Of a stretch of 64,000 nucleotides of DNA, positions 52,553-63,110 are shown piece after piece (position 1 is the first letter of the stretch; each line of letters starts with the position of its first letter). This DNA comes from Candidatus Saccharimonadales bacterium. Lineage in GTDB: Bacteria; Patescibacteriota; Saccharimonadia; Saccharimonadales; JANWIN01. Location: NCBI GenBank assembly GCA_038231155.1, contig JBBRLY010000012.1:64645-128644 (forward strand), read 5' to 3'. Under the pieces are notes generated by a model. That model had not been told where the DNA came from. It did not search any database and was given only the letters and a program-made list of their open reading frames with translations. The position numbers and the translations under genes were made by a program.

Positions 52553-53137
52553 TTAATCGGTTTGACTATCTTTGGGTTGAGTAAAGTAGTTTATTTCGTT
52601 AACAATATCAAGTAGGGCTTGGGCTTTGGCTTTTTCGTCAGTAATTTGCTCCGCCGCCTGGTAAGCTTCTTTAATTAGAGCTTGGTTATCGCTGGCTTGG
52701 ATCATCATCATAAGAGTCCTGAATTTTTCCTCAGGCGATTGATCTAAGTGACTGATAATTGGCGAAAGCTGGGTTAAAGCTTGTTGCTTTATATCAATTA
52801 GTTCATTGTCGTTTTTGTTAGCAGGGGTATTATCAGCTGAATTGTCAGCTGAGTCTTCACCGGCCAGGTCTTCATCTTCGTTAGCTGTACCAGGACTAAG
52901 CGGTGCAGAAGTTACCGGTTCATCAGTAACTGGCGCTGAACCATCAACAGCTGGCATGTCAGTCGGCGGTGGTGTATCAATTGGATTACTAGGCCCGAAG
53001 CCTTTATGTATAAGTGGAGGATTCATACTGAAAGTTGTCATATCGCTAACCGGGGGAGCTGTAGTGTCCGCCGCCGGCGCTTGGTTATCATTTGACTGTA
53101 CATTTTTATTCTTGTTGTCGTTACCGAACATTTCCAC
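52553..53137 (-). CDS. hypothetical acidic protein
   Basis: 194-aa ORF, disordered acidic N-half, helical C-half. Confidence 0.45.
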   Translation of the reverse strand: MEMFGNDNKNKNVQSNDNQAPAADTTAPPVSDMTTFSMNPPLIHKGFGPSNPIDTPPPTDMPAVDGSAPVTDEPVTSAPLSPGTANEDEDLAGEDSADNSADNTPANKNDNELIDIKQQALTQLSPIISHLDQSPEEKFRTLMMMIQASDNQALIKEAYQAAEQITDEKAKAQALLDIVNEINYFTQPKDSQTD

Positions 53138-53244
53138 CCCTGCCTTTTTATGGCAATTAGCAATTTAGGCTTTTACATTTACAATATGTATAGTAGCAAA
53201 TTAACTATTTAAGCAAAAGCGGTACTTATAAAAGGAGCCACCCG

Positions 53245-54276
53245 GTGCTGGACGATCTTAAATATATTCATCAAAAAGACGGGCAGGATGCGCTTGGGAT
53301 TGCCCAAAAACAATGGCAGCAACTACAGTACAAGTTTGAATTACCGGAACTAACGTTTCCGGTAGACAATATTGTTTATGCCGGCATGGGTGGTTCAGCA
53401 CTAGCGGCCTTGATATCCCAGACATGGCCTAGCTACCGTTTACCGTTTGAAGTTGTCCGTGGCTACGAATTACCAGTCTACGTATCCTATAAATCACTTT
53501 GTATTATTGCCAGTTATTCTGGTAATACTGAAGAAACGATCGAATGTTTTAACCAAGCTAAGGCCCAAAATGCTCATATTTTAGTGATCACTAGTGGTGG
53601 TAAATTACAAGAATTAGCCCAAGTTAACAATTATCCAGTAGCACTAATTCCCAATGTTGAACAACCCAGGTTCGCAGCTTTTTATATGCTTAAAGCAATT
53701 GTTACAATTCTAGAAAAAGTCGGACTAGTTGCCTCTGAAGGAGCGGAGTACAGCTTACAAGAAACCGGACAATTTTTGCAAAAAGCCGGACAAAGCTGGC
53801 TACCGACAGTAGCTACGGCTAACAACCAAGCCAAGCAAATCGCCCAAGAGTTAATGGGAAAATCAATAGTAATTTATAGTGGACCGAAACTATTCCCAGC
53901 AGCTTATAAATGGAAGATTAGTTTTAACGAAAACGCCAAGCATATTGCCTGGTGCAACCAATTACCGGAAGCTAACCACAATGAAATCTTGGGTTGGACC
54001 GAGCAACCAGTCCAAAAACCGTATGCCGTAATTGATTTGCGAAGCTCATTAGACCACCCTAGGATTAAAAAACGCTTTGAGGTTACTGAACGATTACTAT
54101 CTGGAAAACGACCGACAGCAATTGTAATTAACACCCAGGGTGAAAGCTTATTAGAACAAATGCTGTGGGCCATAAACCTGGGCGATTTTGTGAGTATTTA
54201 CCTGGCCCTACTCAACGGTCTTAACCCGACACCAGTAGAGTTGATAGAAAAGCTTAAAAAAGCCATGAATGAGTAA
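53245..54276 (+). CDS. bifunctional phosphoglucose/phosphomannose isomerase family (SIS domain)
   Basis: YAGMGGSALAA, IASYSGNTEET SIS motifs, ~340 aa; GTG start. Confidence 0.75.
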   Translation: MLDDLKYIHQKDGQDALGIAQKQWQQLQYKFELPELTFPVDNIVYAGMGGSALAALISQTWPSYRLPFEVVRGYELPVYVSYKSLCIIASYSGNTEETIECFNQAKAQNAHILVITSGGKLQELAQVNNYPVALIPNVEQPRFAAFYMLKAIVTILEKVGLVASEGAEYSLQETGQFLQKAGQSWLPTVATANNQAKQIAQELMGKSIVIYSGPKLFPAAYKWKISFNENAKHIAWCNQLPEANHNEILGWTEQPVQKPYAVIDLRSSLDHPRIKKRFEVTERLLSGKRPTAIVINTQGESLLEQMLWAINLGDFVSIYLALLNGLNPTPVELIEKLKKAMNE

Positions 54277-54282
54277 AATACT

Positions 54283-54852
54283 ATGGATCCTAAAATACTT
54301 TTCAAATCAGCCTTAGAACAAGCCACCGCCATGGTCAAGTGCGTTGATAGCCACCACTTTAAAAATTCTACTCCTTGCACCGATTGGGACTGTAAAACTC
54401 TAGTCAATCACTTACTATATGAGCTATCTTGGGTGCCAGACGTCTTAGCTGGTAAAACAATTGCTGAAGTAGGCAATAAATATGATGGTGACTTAATTGG
54501 TAAAGACCATATTGGCAATTGGCAAAAAGCTGCCGATAAAGCCCTTATTGCCGTTAATAAAGCCAAACTGGATAAACAAATCCATTTATCTTACGCAGAT
54601 AAACCCACCAGCTATTATTTATACGAAGCCGGTGCTGATTTACTGATCCATTCCTGGGATATTGCTCAGAGTTTCCAGTGTTCTTTAATTCTAGATGATT
54701 CCTTAGTCCAGGCCGTTCATGATAATATTTACCCCAAGCGGGGAAGTTATGTAAGCAGCGGTTTATTTGGTAAACCTTTAGAGGTAGCTAAAACTGCCAG
54801 GTTGCAAACCAAACTACTTGCCATGTTAGGTCGCCGTGAACCATCATTATGA
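54283..54852 (+). CDS. DinB/MDMPI-N-like (TIGR03086-type) metal-binding protein
   Basis: PCTDWDCKTLVNHLL..., W.KAAD.. pattern recalled from this family. Confidence 0.45.
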   Translation: MDPKILFKSALEQATAMVKCVDSHHFKNSTPCTDWDCKTLVNHLLYELSWVPDVLAGKTIAEVGNKYDGDLIGKDHIGNWQKAADKALIAVNKAKLDKQIHLSYADKPTSYYLYEAGADLLIHSWDIAQSFQCSLILDDSLVQAVHDNIYPKRGSYVSSGLFGKPLEVAKTARLQTKLLAMLGRREPSL

Positions 54853-55580
54853 AGCAAATTACATCGACTGATGATATAAAGCGTTTGGGCACAATTTTAT
54901 CTATTTGGGCTCACCCCGATGATGAATCATTCACCTGCGGCGGAATTATGAACGCGGCTGTTAGTAACGGTCAAAAAGTTGTCTGTATTACAGCTACTAA
55001 GGGTGAAGCCGGTGTACAGGATGAATCACGCTGGCCGGCAAAACAATTAGCTGCAATCAGGGCCAAGGAACTTTTAAAAGCTCTAAAATTTATCGGTGTT
55101 ACTGATCATCACTGGCTGGGCTATAAAGACGGCCAATGCAATAGTGTATCAAGTCGCGAAGCTGTTAATAAAATAAAAGCTTTAATAAAGAAGTATCAAC
55201 CAGACACCATTTTAACTTTCGGACCTGACGGTATGACTGGGCACTCTGACCACCAAACTATCTCAAAATGGGCAACTGCAGCCGCTAAAGACATGAACGT
55301 TGCGGTGTACTACGCCGTTGAAGAAAAACAACGCTACATTAAGTATATGAGGCAGGCTGATAAACAATTTAATATTTACTTTAATATTAAAAAGCCACCA
55401 GTCCAATCTGCTGCTAAGTGTGACATTGCTTTTAGGCTGGCCAGAAAAAATCTAGACTGCAAGTGCAATGCGCTTAAATCTATGACTTCACAAACTGAAG
55501 CCTTAATCGAAAATACACCACCAGATATTTTTGAAGCTATGCTTAACCCAGAATGTTTTTTACTGTCTTCAACAAAGTAA
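54849..55580 (+). CDS. PIG-L family deacetylase
   Basis: LSIWAHPDDESF and GHSDH motifs. Confidence 0.8.
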   Translation: MKQITSTDDIKRLGTILSIWAHPDDESFTCGGIMNAAVSNGQKVVCITATKGEAGVQDESRWPAKQLAAIRAKELLKALKFIGVTDHHWLGYKDGQCNSVSSREAVNKIKALIKKYQPDTILTFGPDGMTGHSDHQTISKWATAAAKDMNVAVYYAVEEKQRYIKYMRQADKQFNIYFNIKKPPVQSAAKCDIAFRLARKNLDCKCNALKSMTSQTEALIENTPPDIFEAMLNPECFLLSSTK

Positions 55581-55661
55581 CCAGGGGTATCTAATAAACA
55601 GAGCGACCGAACCTAGTTACATATTGACAACTTTATAAAGTTTTGATAACATTATAAAGTT

Positions 55662-56576
55662 ATGAATTACTCTGGACAACTTAAATCCATACTCAAAGCC
55701 AGCGGCTGGTCACAAGAAGACTTAGCTCACCGGTTTGGTGTCTCATTTGTGACACTAAACTCTTGGGTCAATAACAGATCCAAACCCCGCGATGCAGCCC
55801 GTGAAGCTATACAGTTGCTATACTTTGAAATTCTTGGAGCTGACAGCTTAGATGTGGGCATACTAAAGAAGCAAAAGCTAAAAGCAATATCACTGAAGAC
55901 TTCTGTAACTAAGATTTCAGATAATCAGGAAGTGCTAGATAAATTAATCCTACATCTGACCTATCACACAAACACTATCGAAGGCAGCACAATGACACTA
56001 GCTGATACAGCTGATGTATTGTTTCGACACAAAGTTCTTAGTAACAGAACGCAAATCGAACAGGCCGAAGCCCGCAATCATCAGGCAGCTCTGTTATGGT
56101 TGTTAGCTGAGTTAAAGACCAAGAAATTTTCTATCAATGAAAATCTTGCCAAGGGGCTACATCTTCGATTGATGAACGGTATCATGGAAAACGCCGGGCA
56201 ATACCGTAATCATTCGGTTCGCATCATAGGCACAAATGTAACGCTTGCAAACTATCAAAAAATACAAAATTTGATGGATGATTTATTTAAGAATCAGCCA
56301 AATATATCAAACGATCCAATTGCTAAGCTTGCCAATATGCATGCCTCATTTGAAAAGATCCATTCGTTTAGTGATGGTAATGGTCGGGTTGGACGATTGA
56401 TAATGCTGGCACAAGCTCTTCAGGTAGACCTTGTGCCGCCACTTATTCTCAAGGAGAGAAAATTCGCATACTACAAATATCTTGAGCTTGCCCAAACGAC
56501 TGAGAATTTATTACCGCTTCAACTTTTTGTTGCAGAATCGATGATTACAGCCAGTCAATTACTTTCCGAAAGCTAA
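55662..56576 (+). CDS. Fic-domain protein with N-terminal HTH
   Basis: Fic motif HSFSDGNGRVGR; N-terminal SQEDLAHRFGVSFVTLNSWVN HTH. Confidence 0.85.
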   Translation: MNYSGQLKSILKASGWSQEDLAHRFGVSFVTLNSWVNNRSKPRDAAREAIQLLYFEILGADSLDVGILKKQKLKAISLKTSVTKISDNQEVLDKLILHLTYHTNTIEGSTMTLADTADVLFRHKVLSNRTQIEQAEARNHQAALLWLLAELKTKKFSINENLAKGLHLRLMNGIMENAGQYRNHSVRIIGTNVTLANYQKIQNLMDDLFKNQPNISNDPIAKLANMHASFEKIHSFSDGNGRVGRLIMLAQALQVDLVPPLILKERKFAYYKYLELAQTTENLLPLQLFVAESMITASQLLSES

Positions 56577-56652
56577 ACTAAGAGCCGGGGTTATCATTAA
56601 AAAATATACTAGCTCAATTCTCTGATCCCGAGTATCTAGTATAATATCTGTT

Positions 56653-57327
56653 ATGAAACGGATTGCGGCAAGCAATCAATTGCTAACCGCCTTGGTGGTT
56701 TCCAGCTTAACAAGCGTATTTTTGTATCTAATAAGCGCCCGTTATTATGGAGCCGGACCATTCTGGTATTTAAACTGGAACTTATTTTTAGCCTGGCTGC
56801 CGCTTTTATTTGCCCTCTTATTAGTTAAATATCTGAAAGATAACCTTTGGGTTAGCTGGCGGGGCATATTACTGACATTACTTTGGCTGGCTTTTTTACC
56901 CAATAGTTTTTATTTAATTAGTGATCTAATTCATTTGAGTTACACCGATTATTCGCAAACGCTTTACTACGCCATTATGATATTTTCGTTTAGTTTTAAC
57001 GGACTGATACTAGGTTATATAAGCTTATATCTTCTGCATAAACAGTTACTCAAACGCTTAAAAGCTATATCAGCTCATAGCTGGATCGCAGTAGTACTCG
57101 CCCTTTGCAGTTTTGCAATTTACTTAGGCAGGTATTTAAGGTGGAGTACATGGGACGTGGTATTAAACCCGGCTGGTGTACTATTTGATATTTCCGACCG
57201 CATTATTAATCCAGTAGCCTTCGGCCAAACTTTTCAAGTCACATTTATGTTTTTCGTATTACTGACCAGCATATACTTCATGTTATGGCATTTGACGAAA
57301 GCTATCAAAGGACAAAAGCGTGTCTAA
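56653..57327 (+). CDS. polytopic membrane protein (DUF1361-like)
   Basis: Six to seven hydrophobic helices; WYLNWNLFLAW pattern. Confidence 0.45.
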   Translation: MKRIAASNQLLTALVVSSLTSVFLYLISARYYGAGPFWYLNWNLFLAWLPLLFALLLVKYLKDNLWVSWRGILLTLLWLAFLPNSFYLISDLIHLSYTDYSQTLYYAIMIFSFSFNGLILGYISLYLLHKQLLKRLKAISAHSWIAVVLALCSFAIYLGRYLRWSTWDVVLNPAGVLFDISDRIINPVAFGQTFQVTFMFFVLLTSIYFMLWHLTKAIKGQKRV

Positions 57328-58060
57328 ACCAACCATAGCAATTATTGGCTATGGCGAGTTTTCAAAGTTGATGATCCGTATACTTCAACCTTACGGCGAT
57401 TTTGTTGTTAACTCTCGTCAAGAGATTTTAAAAACCCAGGGACTATCATTCAAACCAGTAGATTTAGCTACTGCACTTTCTCAAAATATTATTATTCCCT
57501 CGATGCCGGCTCAATTTTTGGAAGAATTTTTCACGAAAAATAAACAATTAGTTAATCCCAATGCTTTAGTCGTAGACGTTTGTTCAGTTAAAGTAAAACC
57601 AACTGAGGTACTACTTAGAGTGTTGCCCAAAACCACCCAGATCCTAGCTACTCACCCGCTGTTTGGACCGTCTAGTACCCTTGGTGGTTTAAGTGGTCAG
57701 AAAATTATGCTCTATCCAGCTCGGATACCTAAAGCTAGATATAAACGACTTAAAACTTTTTTAGTCGGTGAACTTAAACTGCAGGTTATTGAAGTCTCAC
57801 CCAAAGAACATGACCAAGTTATGGCCTATGCTCAGGGACTCAGCCACTATATTGGTCGGGCCATGCAACTTATGGACATTCCAAGGAGCCAGTTATCTAC
57901 TAAAGCCTATAACGATTTACTAGATATGAAACAGGTTCAGGGAAGTGATAGCTGGGCTTTATTTGAATCAATTATGTTTGAAAACCCTTACGCCCTGGAA
58001 ATAAATAAAAAATTTAAACAAACCCTGCACCAGTTAGACCGCCAACTCGGTATCAAGTAA
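57320..58060 (+). CDS. prephenate dehydrogenase family protein
   Basis: IAIIGYGEFS dinucleotide fold and THPLFGP motif. Confidence 0.65.
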   Translation: MSKPTIAIIGYGEFSKLMIRILQPYGDFVVNSRQEILKTQGLSFKPVDLATALSQNIIIPSMPAQFLEEFFTKNKQLVNPNALVVDVCSVKVKPTEVLLRVLPKTTQILATHPLFGPSSTLGGLSGQKIMLYPARIPKARYKRLKTFLVGELKLQVIEVSPKEHDQVMAYAQGLSHYIGRAMQLMDIPRSQLSTKAYNDLLDMKQVQGSDSWALFESIMFENPYALEINKKFKQTLHQLDRQLGIK

Positions 58061-58070
58061 ACTAAAAGTA

Positions 58071-59681
58071 ATGGAAGAAATTAAACGGGCCATTGGCGCA
58101 GCTGCCAAAGAACTATTTAATGTTGACGTGCAACCGGAACTTACGCGGCCAGATGAAAAGTTCGCTGATTATTCTACCAATATTGCTTTGCAACTGGCTA
58201 AAAAGTTGAATCAAAAACCACATGACCTGGCCATTCAACTATCTGACAAAATAAAAGCGGATTCAATCCTAAAGATAGATGTTGCAGGGCCAGGCTTTTT
58301 AAACATTACTTTGCACGATGAATCACTTTTAAAGCTACTAGATCAAAAACCAGACAGGCCACTGGAAGCTAATCAAGTTCTAGTAGAGTTTGGTGATCCA
58401 AATCCGTTTAAAGAAATGCATATTGGACATTTATATGCCGCAATTACCGGAGATGCGATTGCTAATTTATTGGCGTCCAGTGGCGCAGATGTCAAAAGAC
58501 TAAGCTATCACGGTGACGTCGGCATGCATGTCGCCAAATGGCTGTGGGGTAAACAGCACGCTGGGGGCAAGGACAATGAAGCCCTGGGACATTACTATGC
58601 ACTAGGTGCCAAAGCCTTTGAGGAAGACGAGCAGGCTGCCAAGGAAATTAAGGATTTAAACCAAAAAGTCTATGCCCAGTTTGTATCGATCAAAGATCTT
58701 TACGAAAGTGGTAAGGCCCAAAGTTTTGAACAGTTCAAGTCTATATTTTCCGAACTCGGTATAATTTATGACAAACAATATATGGAAAGTCAGGCATCAC
58801 ACATCGGTATGGACTTCGTAAGAAAATATACTGGCAAAGTGTTTGAAGACAGTCAAGGTGCAGTTATATATAAAGGTGAAAAAGTTGGTCTACACACCCG
58901 TGTATTCATTACCTCACAAGGCTTACCGACTTATGAAACTAAAGATCTAGGACTGGCTGAACTTAAGAATAAAGATTTTCCTAAAGCCACTCAGTCAGTA
59001 ATTATCACGGCTAATGAACAAACTGAATATTTCAAAGTCATGCTAGCGGCCCTTAAAGAAATTGATGCACCATTAGCTGCAAAAACTGTACATATAGCGC
59101 ACGGCTTCTTAAGTCTATCAACCGGTAAGATGAGTTCTCGAACCGGAGATGTGCATGCCGCTGCCGATTTACTAAGTAGCGTGCACCGAGCTGTTAAAGA
59201 TCAATATCCAGATTCTAAAGTTCAACAAGAAACTTATCTAGCTGCTGTAAAGTATACGTTTTTAAAACACCGTATAGGTGGCGATATAGTCTTTGACATC
59301 AAAGAATCAGTTAACTTAGAAGGCAATAGTGGTCCTTATTTACAATATGCTCATGCCCGGGCCCGCAGTATTTTAAGTAAAGCTCAACCGCCAACCAAAT
59401 CAGAAACTAAAAATTGGAAACTAGAACCTGGAGAACGTAGTTTAGTTAGAAAACTCGGCGAATACCCAGAGGTAGTAGATAAAGCTGTTAAAGAACTGAT
59501 GCCCCACCTGGTGGCCAACTATTTATTTGATTTAGCTCAAACTTTTAACCATTTTTATGAAAATAACCGGGTGATAGATGACCCTCGCAGGGACGTGCGA
59601 CTGCAACTTGTTGAAACTTACGCAACCACCCTAAAAAACGGCTTACAGCTACTGAATATTCCGGCTCCGGAGCAAATGTAA
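58071..59681 (+). CDS. argS: arginine--tRNA ligase
   Basis: PNPFKEMHIGHL (HIGH), MSSRTG (KMSK variant typical of ArgRS), C-terminal DALR anticodon-binding pattern. Confidence 0.9.
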   Translation: MEEIKRAIGAAAKELFNVDVQPELTRPDEKFADYSTNIALQLAKKLNQKPHDLAIQLSDKIKADSILKIDVAGPGFLNITLHDESLLKLLDQKPDRPLEANQVLVEFGDPNPFKEMHIGHLYAAITGDAIANLLASSGADVKRLSYHGDVGMHVAKWLWGKQHAGGKDNEALGHYYALGAKAFEEDEQAAKEIKDLNQKVYAQFVSIKDLYESGKAQSFEQFKSIFSELGIIYDKQYMESQASHIGMDFVRKYTGKVFEDSQGAVIYKGEKVGLHTRVFITSQGLPTYETKDLGLAELKNKDFPKATQSVIITANEQTEYFKVMLAALKEIDAPLAAKTVHIAHGFLSLSTGKMSSRTGDVHAAADLLSSVHRAVKDQYPDSKVQQETYLAAVKYTFLKHRIGGDIVFDIKESVNLEGNSGPYLQYAHARARSILSKAQPPTKSETKNWKLEPGERSLVRKLGEYPEVVDKAVKELMPHLVANYLFDLAQTFNHFYENNRVIDDPRRDVRLQLVETYATTLKNGLQLLNIPAPEQM

Positions 59682-59716
59682 TTATGCAAACAAGTTAACC
59701 AGAGTCACTCAAGACT

Positions 59717-60268
59717 ATGAAAGTCATAATTATTCCAGGTTACGGCGATAGACGTGATTATATTGATTCGGCAGCTCGTCATTGGTCAAAACGCTATAAA
59801 CTAGAACCCGATATATTTGTCTTTAATTGGTCAGATGATCCCAGTACTTACCCGGCCAAATGGTCAAAACTAGAAAATATTATCCAAAGTAGTGAAAAAC
59901 TAGCGCTAGTTGGTATTAGCGCCGGTGCATCCGTAGCACTGCGCGCCTTACAAGACTTTCCCGGTAAAGTTTCGTCGGTTGTCAGTATCTGCGGCCCAGC
60001 CCGGTTGGAGGACCTAAATCCAATTACTGTAAAAACTAAGTATCCATTACTGGGTAGATCGCTCAGCGAAGTATCAATTAAGCGATTACCAGCTCAAAAG
60101 ATTTTGACTCTGCGACCGCTATTTGATAAGACTGTATCACCAGCTTCAGTTGTCATAGATGGTGCTACAAATATAAGGATGTTCACTGCAGGTCACGGTT
60201 ATAGCATAGTTTGGGCTTTATTTGCCAGGAACAGGTCAATAACTAAGTTTATTAATGCCCAGTCTTAG
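59717..60268 (+). CDS. alpha/beta hydrolase
   Basis: Nucleophile elbow GISAGAS, 183 aa. Confidence 0.6.
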   Translation: MKVIIIPGYGDRRDYIDSAARHWSKRYKLEPDIFVFNWSDDPSTYPAKWSKLENIIQSSEKLALVGISAGASVALRALQDFPGKVSSVVSICGPARLEDLNPITVKTKYPLLGRSLSEVSIKRLPAQKILTLRPLFDKTVSPASVVIDGATNIRMFTAGHGYSIVWALFARNRSITKFINAQS

Positions 60269-60373
60269 TCAGATTAATTATTAACTAGAAATACAATTTG
60301 AAAGCTACTAAAATTTTCAGATAACTAGTCTATTTGCCTCAGATATGACGCAGGCTTTACAATAGAGTAAATC

Positions 60374-60529
60374 ATGAGGTACTTTTTTGTGTTCTTAGCG
60401 ATCACTGCCGTTTGGGTAGCGGTTATTGCTATTGCCGCTCTCATTCCTAGTGCCAGGGGAATTAGTTTATATTTTTCAGCCCAAGTATTAACCGTATTTA
60501 TGTTTTTCATAGGTTTTTATAAAAAATGA
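60374..60529 (+). CDS. small two-TM membrane peptide (51 aa), not in ORF track
   Basis: MRYFFVFLAITAVWVAVIAIAAL...; stop overlaps the next ATG (ATGA); preferred over the antisense track ORF 60325-60510. Confidence 0.45.
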   Translation: MRYFFVFLAITAVWVAVIAIAALIPSARGISLYFSAQVLTVFMFFIGFYKK

Positions 60530-61605
60530 AACAATTTCGAACGATTCGCATAATTAAGTTAATGACAAGCGTAGTTACATCAGTACTGCGTGGTGACAAA
60601 CTAGTGCTCGATCAAAACAGCGCTAAATTAGAGGAATTAGGCGGTATTTATATTAAATTCTTACAGCTGGTAGTGTTAAATCTCGATCCTAATAATCAAT
60701 CTAGCTATAAACAGCTGCTGAATGTTTATGAGAACAGCCAACCAGATCCAATTACTATTCGGACATATTTATCTAGGGAACTATCTACTGATTCATGGGA
60801 TATGTTTAAAACTATCGAGGAACAACCTTTTGCCACAGGCTCATTTGGCCAAGTCTATAAGGCCCAGCTATGGAATGATAAACCGGTAATTATAAAAGTC
60901 TTACGACCCAGCGTAATTAGATACTTGAACTATGACCTGCGACTAATGGGTTTTTTGAGTTGGATATATAGCGTATTTGATAGACAAAAAATGCTGAATT
61001 TTAGGGATATATTTAAAGACTTTAAACGGACCTGTTTAGACGAAACAAATTATATTAGAGAAGCAACGGTAGCTAGATCGTATTATGAAGATTATAAAAA
61101 CCATCCATATCTAGTGATCCCTCAAACTTATCTTCAGCTTTGCAGTTACAAAGTTATTACTCAGGACTATGTTCAGGGTTTATCGCTAACAAGTTTACTA
61201 GAAATGCACTCAGGCGGTGTCGATCCAGTAACTAAGCCTTACTTTAATCAACTGATAGAACACCGAATGTTTATGAAAGCCTTATTCTTTGGCATAAACA
61301 AAGGTAATCGCTTTGGTTTTAGTTTTGACCTTAATGCCACAAGTCTTTGGAAGGCGATTCAGACTTATTTTGTATTAATTGGACGATTTGATAATAACGG
61401 AGATAATCGCAGTGTCCAAGTCGTTTTAGAAATGCTCAATGAAATTATCTGGTTTGCTGAGAATAATTTAGCCAAAATAATAGAAAGCCTCAAGACTGAA
61501 ATTAACCCTACAGAAGTACTGGAAACGCTATCATGTTGGTTTGATAAAATGGCCCGTAACGACCCATGGCTTATGAGTCGCTTAGTGTCGGGGTATATTG
61601 AATGA
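60526..61605 (+). CDS. ABC1/UbiB-type atypical kinase family protein
   Basis: PFATGSFGQVYKA ... VIIKVLRP N-lobe motifs. Confidence 0.6.
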   Translation: MKQFRTIRIIKLMTSVVTSVLRGDKLVLDQNSAKLEELGGIYIKFLQLVVLNLDPNNQSSYKQLLNVYENSQPDPITIRTYLSRELSTDSWDMFKTIEEQPFATGSFGQVYKAQLWNDKPVIIKVLRPSVIRYLNYDLRLMGFLSWIYSVFDRQKMLNFRDIFKDFKRTCLDETNYIREATVARSYYEDYKNHPYLVIPQTYLQLCSYKVITQDYVQGLSLTSLLEMHSGGVDPVTKPYFNQLIEHRMFMKALFFGINKGNRFGFSFDLNATSLWKAIQTYFVLIGRFDNNGDNRSVQVVLEMLNEIIWFAENNLAKIIESLKTEINPTEVLETLSCWFDKMARNDPWLMSRLVSGYIE

Positions 61606-61778
61606 AAAAGTTAATCTTATTTTCAACTGCCTATCCTTACACAACTGGCATTATTGCGGTATTATGGTTAGGTAGTGTAGTGCTGTTAGGGCTAGACCAC
61701 AGTCTGTCTGCTAGCTGGGTTTTATTTACAAATGTATTAGTAACATTACTAATAGCCGTGGTGGGATTTCGAAGGTAA
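61602..61778 (+). CDS. small two-TM membrane peptide (58 aa), not in ORF track
   Basis: ATG overlaps upstream TGA (ATGA); MKKLILFSTAYPYTTGIIAVLWLGSVVLLGL... Confidence 0.45.
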   Translation: MKKLILFSTAYPYTTGIIAVLWLGSVVLLGLDHSLSASWVLFTNVLVTLLIAVVGFRR

Positions 61779-61788
61779 GGAGTTTTTA

Positions 61789-62184
61789 GTGGCTGAAGAA
61801 CGAAAAAAAGTAATTGAACGTCGAGAAGTGGTAGTTAATTTACCAGTTATTAAGGCACCTGGTTGGCTACAAGGATTTGTCGATTTTTTCCGCGAACAAG
61901 GTGTAGTAGGGGTAGCTGTAGGACTAATTCTGGGTTTGGCAGCTAAGAGTTTAGTTGATTCATTTGTGACCAATTTCGTGAATCCAACGCTTGGAGTCAT
62001 TTTAGGTGGCACTGACCTAGCTAGAAAATTCGTATGCGTACAATACACAAACAGCGTTTGTGCTTCCAAAATTGGTTATGGTAGATTCATCAGCGATTTA
62101 ATCAGTTTTATAATTATCGCCTTTATAGTTTACATACTTGTCAAAATGCTCAAACTAGAAAGGCTGGACAAAAAAAGAGAATAA
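61789..62184 (+). CDS. mscL: large-conductance mechanosensitive channel
   Basis: FVDFFREQGVVGVAVGLILG...FVNP... and FLI.AF.VY pattern; GTG start. Confidence 0.85.
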   Translation: MAEERKKVIERREVVVNLPVIKAPGWLQGFVDFFREQGVVGVAVGLILGLAAKSLVDSFVTNFVNPTLGVILGGTDLARKFVCVQYTNSVCASKIGYGRFISDLISFIIIAFIVYILVKMLKLERLDKKRE

Positions 62185-62190
62185 CAAACT

Positions 62191-62775
62191 ATGAATTTGC
62201 CAATCGAATTGGTGGCAGCTTTGTCTCGTAATCCAGACGCTAAAGTAAAGTTCGAAGCCTATAGTCCATCACATAAATCTGAATATATAAAATATATAAC
62301 CGACGCTAAAAGACCTGATACCCGCCTCAAGCGAGCCGATCGTGTAGTTATGATGATTACCGCTAAAAAACTGGCCACAGTTTATAAACCCAAAACTAAT
62401 CCAGAGGTTTTTGGATTGCAGCCAGAAATGTACACCAAGGTTATTAACCAGCCTAAAGACTATAACCAAATTATGAGTAACTGGAATTTTAAGAACCCGG
62501 TAAATAATAATGCAAAGCCCCTAGACTTTGTTCATCTGTTTGTTAAAAGCCAAACTGAGCTACACAAATGGTTACCAATTGTTAAACGTCAACTTCAACC
62601 TAGCGGCATGATTTGGGTAAGTTGGCTTAAAAAAGCCAGCGGAATTGCTACAGATGTTACTGAAAATGAAATTCGTGACTTTGCTATTGAAATTGGGCTA
62701 GTAGATGTCAAAATCTGTGCAGTAAGTGATATATGGTCCGGTTTAAAGCTAGTAATCCCGCTCGCTAAGCGGTAG
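62191..62775 (+). CDS. YdeI/OmpD-associated-like N-domain fused to DUF3052-like C-domain
   Basis: YSPSHKSEYIKYITDAKRPDTRLKR pattern; low certainty. Confidence 0.4.
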   Translation: MNLPIELVAALSRNPDAKVKFEAYSPSHKSEYIKYITDAKRPDTRLKRADRVVMMITAKKLATVYKPKTNPEVFGLQPEMYTKVINQPKDYNQIMSNWNFKNPVNNNAKPLDFVHLFVKSQTELHKWLPIVKRQLQPSGMIWVSWLKKASGIATDVTENEIRDFAIEIGLVDVKICAVSDIWSGLKLVIPLAKR

Positions 62776-62813
62776 TATTTAAGCATAAACACTAATAAGG
62801 AGGTTGAGCCCTT

Positions 62814-63101
62814 ATGTATACTATTAAAGTTTTAAAGCGCAAAGACGCATCTTCAGTAATTGTAGCTGTAGTTATTGCCACTATAATTGGTCCGCTACTA
62901 GCCAGTTTAGTCGGTAATTTAGCTGGATGGATTTCGGGACTGGCAAGAGGCCAATACGTGTCAACAACTATTTCAGTAGCTGGTGCTGGTTGGCAAGCAG
63001 ACTATCTATACCCGTTCGTAGTAGCCATACTAGAACTAATTGCACTGGAAATTCTAGTTTTTCTGTACGTAATGATTCATGAAGCCGTAACTAAAAAATA
63101 G
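62814..63101 (+). CDS. small membrane protein
   Basis: Two hydrophobic helices, AGGAGG SD upstream. Confidence 0.5.
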   Translation: MYTIKVLKRKDASSVIVAVVIATIIGPLLASLVGNLAGWISGLARGQYVSTTISVAGAGWQADYLYPFVVAILELIALEILVFLYVMIHEAVTKK

Positions 63102-63110
63102 GAAGTCCGA

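Noticed and set aside
60325-60510. Minus-strand ORF 60325-60510
   Set aside because: The plus-strand 51-aa membrane peptide in the same region is ATGA-coupled to the downstream kinase gene and is the more parsimonious reading.
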